Below are positions 62,935-64,000 of a stretch of 64,000 nucleotides of DNA, one piece after another (within the stretch, counting starts at the first letter, position 1; each line of letters starts with the position of its first letter). The stretch is from Flavobacteriales bacterium (lineage in GTDB: Bacteria; Bacteroidota; Bacteroidia; Flavobacteriales_F; PHOS-HE28): contig JBGAJW010000012.1 in NCBI GenBank assembly GCA_044224725.1, positions 21,022 through 85,021 on the forward strand, in the 5' to 3' direction. Made by a program: the position numbers and the translations under genes. The notes under the pieces are model-generated. The model ran no database searches. It saw only the letters and a list, made by a program, of their open reading frames with translations, and was not told the DNA's origin.

Positions 62935-64000
62935 TCAAACCGCCGCAGCCTTGGCGAAGGCGTTCTTCACCGCCCCCTCCACCTTCCCAAGGAACGCATC
63001 CAACTCCGCCTCCGACCACGTGACGCGGATGTTGAAGCTCACCAGGCGGCTGATCACCGCATCGCTCTGCGGGAAGGTCATCGTCTTCAGGTCCTGCGGC
63101 AGACCGAGTTCGTGCGCCACCAGCTTGTAGGGCATGCGCAGGTCCTTGATGTGGTCCCACTGCTTGATGTAGTGGTACATGTTGTTGAACCAGTACATGG
63201 TGCCGATGCCCTGCGCACCGAGTTCCTTGTGCAGCGCGAAGGCCGCATCCGCGCTGGGCAGCAGCAGGTGGAAGAAGGTGGCGCTGTCGCCGGCATCATC
63301 ACACTGCTTGCGGAAAGCGAGGCCAGAGATCTTGGAAAGGCGCGCCTGAATGATGGCCTTGTTCGCGCGCTGTTTCGCCACCATAATGGGCAGCTTGCGC
63401 GATTGCGCGAGACCGATGGCCGCATTGATCTCCCCGATGCGGAAGTTGGTGCCCATGATCGGGTGTTGCTCCATGCCGCGGTTGTCGCCCTCGTGGTTGT
63501 GGCCGTGGTCGCTCATGTACTCAGCGGCCTTCAGTAGTTGTTCATCATCGCTGATGATCACACCGCCTTCGCCGCAGGTGGCGATCTTGAAGAAGTCGAA
63601 GCTGAAGCTGCCCATCTTGCCGAAGAGGCCGAGGTGCTTGCCTTTGTAGGTGGCGCCGAGCGCTTGGGCGGTATCCTCGATCAGCATGATGCCCCTCTCG
63701 TTGCAAACGGCGAGTATGCCATCGATGTCGGCAGCGGCACCGCACATGTGTACGAGCAGAACAGCTTTGGTCTTCGGCGTGATCGCGGCACGGATGCCTT
63801 CTGCGCTCAAGCAAAGCGTCTCATCGATCTCCGCGAACACGGGGATCGCACCGGCCAACAGCACCGCTTCGATGGTGGCCACGAAGGTGAAGGGCGGAAC
63901 GATCACGTGATCGCCGTAACCAACACCGCAGGCAGCGAGCATGGAGTTCACCGCCGTGCTGCCGCTGCTTACGGCAAGCGCATGCTTCGCCCCGGTGAAC
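62935..64000 (-). CDS. DegT/DnrJ/EryC1/StrS-family PLP-dependent aminotransferase (sugar aminotransferase); 5' end lies beyond the window
   Basis: ...GAKHALAVSSGSTAVNSMLAACG..., HMCGAAADIDGILAVCNERGIMLIEDTAQALG, and FSFDFFKIATCGEGG with the Lys at the Schiff-base position. The frame stays open through position 64000. Confidence 0.75.
   Translation of the reverse strand, partial: FTGAKHALAVSSGSTAVNSMLAACGVGYGDHVIVPPFTFVATIEAVLLAGAIPVFAEIDETLCLSAEGIRAAITPKTKAVLLVHMCGAAADIDGILAVCNERGIMLIEDTAQALGATYKGKHLGLFGKMGSFSFDFFKIATCGEGGVIISDDEQLLKAAEYMSDHGHNHEGDNRGMEQHPIMGTNFRIGEINAAIGLAQSRKLPIMVAKQRANKAIIQARLSKISGLAFRKQCDDAGDSATFFHLLLPSADAAFALHKELGAQGIGTMYWFNNMYHYIKQWDHIKDLRMPYKLVAHELGLPQDLKTMTFPQSDAVISRLVSFNIRVTWSEAELDAFLGKVEGAVKNAFAKAAAV

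Overview
This 64 kb window is a high-GC chromosomal segment from a Bacteroidota-type genome. The assignment rests on multiple T9SS C-terminal sorting domains of both Por_Secre_tail and gliding-motility types, WG repeats, SPOR domains and MauE/DoxX proteins. Coding density is high on both strands. I support about 55 CDS, one tRNA-Arg(ACG), three hairpin terminators between convergent genes and a REP-RAYT element. Recognisable housekeeping genes are clpS, plsY, prmA, tpiA, folP (divergent from a DUF1599 gene), trmD-rplS, nth and a cyanophycin locus (cphA divergent from cphB). These are interspersed with giant secreted proteins: a ~2330-aa TPR/beta-propeller/coiled-coil protein ending in two SPOR domains, a ~1490-aa unknown protein, and a ~2080-aa T9SS substrate built from near-identical 420-bp tandem repeats. 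The most unusual local structures are listed below.
- A pair of paralogous membrane class-III nucleotidyl cyclases brackets a novel-looking repeat protein.
- Paralogous secreted proteins bracket the folP/DUF1599 pair.
- An RHH-PIN toxin-antitoxin pair lies just downstream of rplS and a yeaQ-like gene.
- An ~820-bp tandem duplication spans the junction of cphA and a membrane-protein gene, leaving a cphA 3' pseudogene fragment and a decayed membrane-protein fragment.
- A RAYT (REP-associated tyrosine transposase) gene is flanked by 7 palindromic GACCCCGAAGGGGTC repeats.
Many long antisense ORFs in the six-frame track are GC-driven artefacts and were rejected. No CRISPR array and no rRNA were seen.
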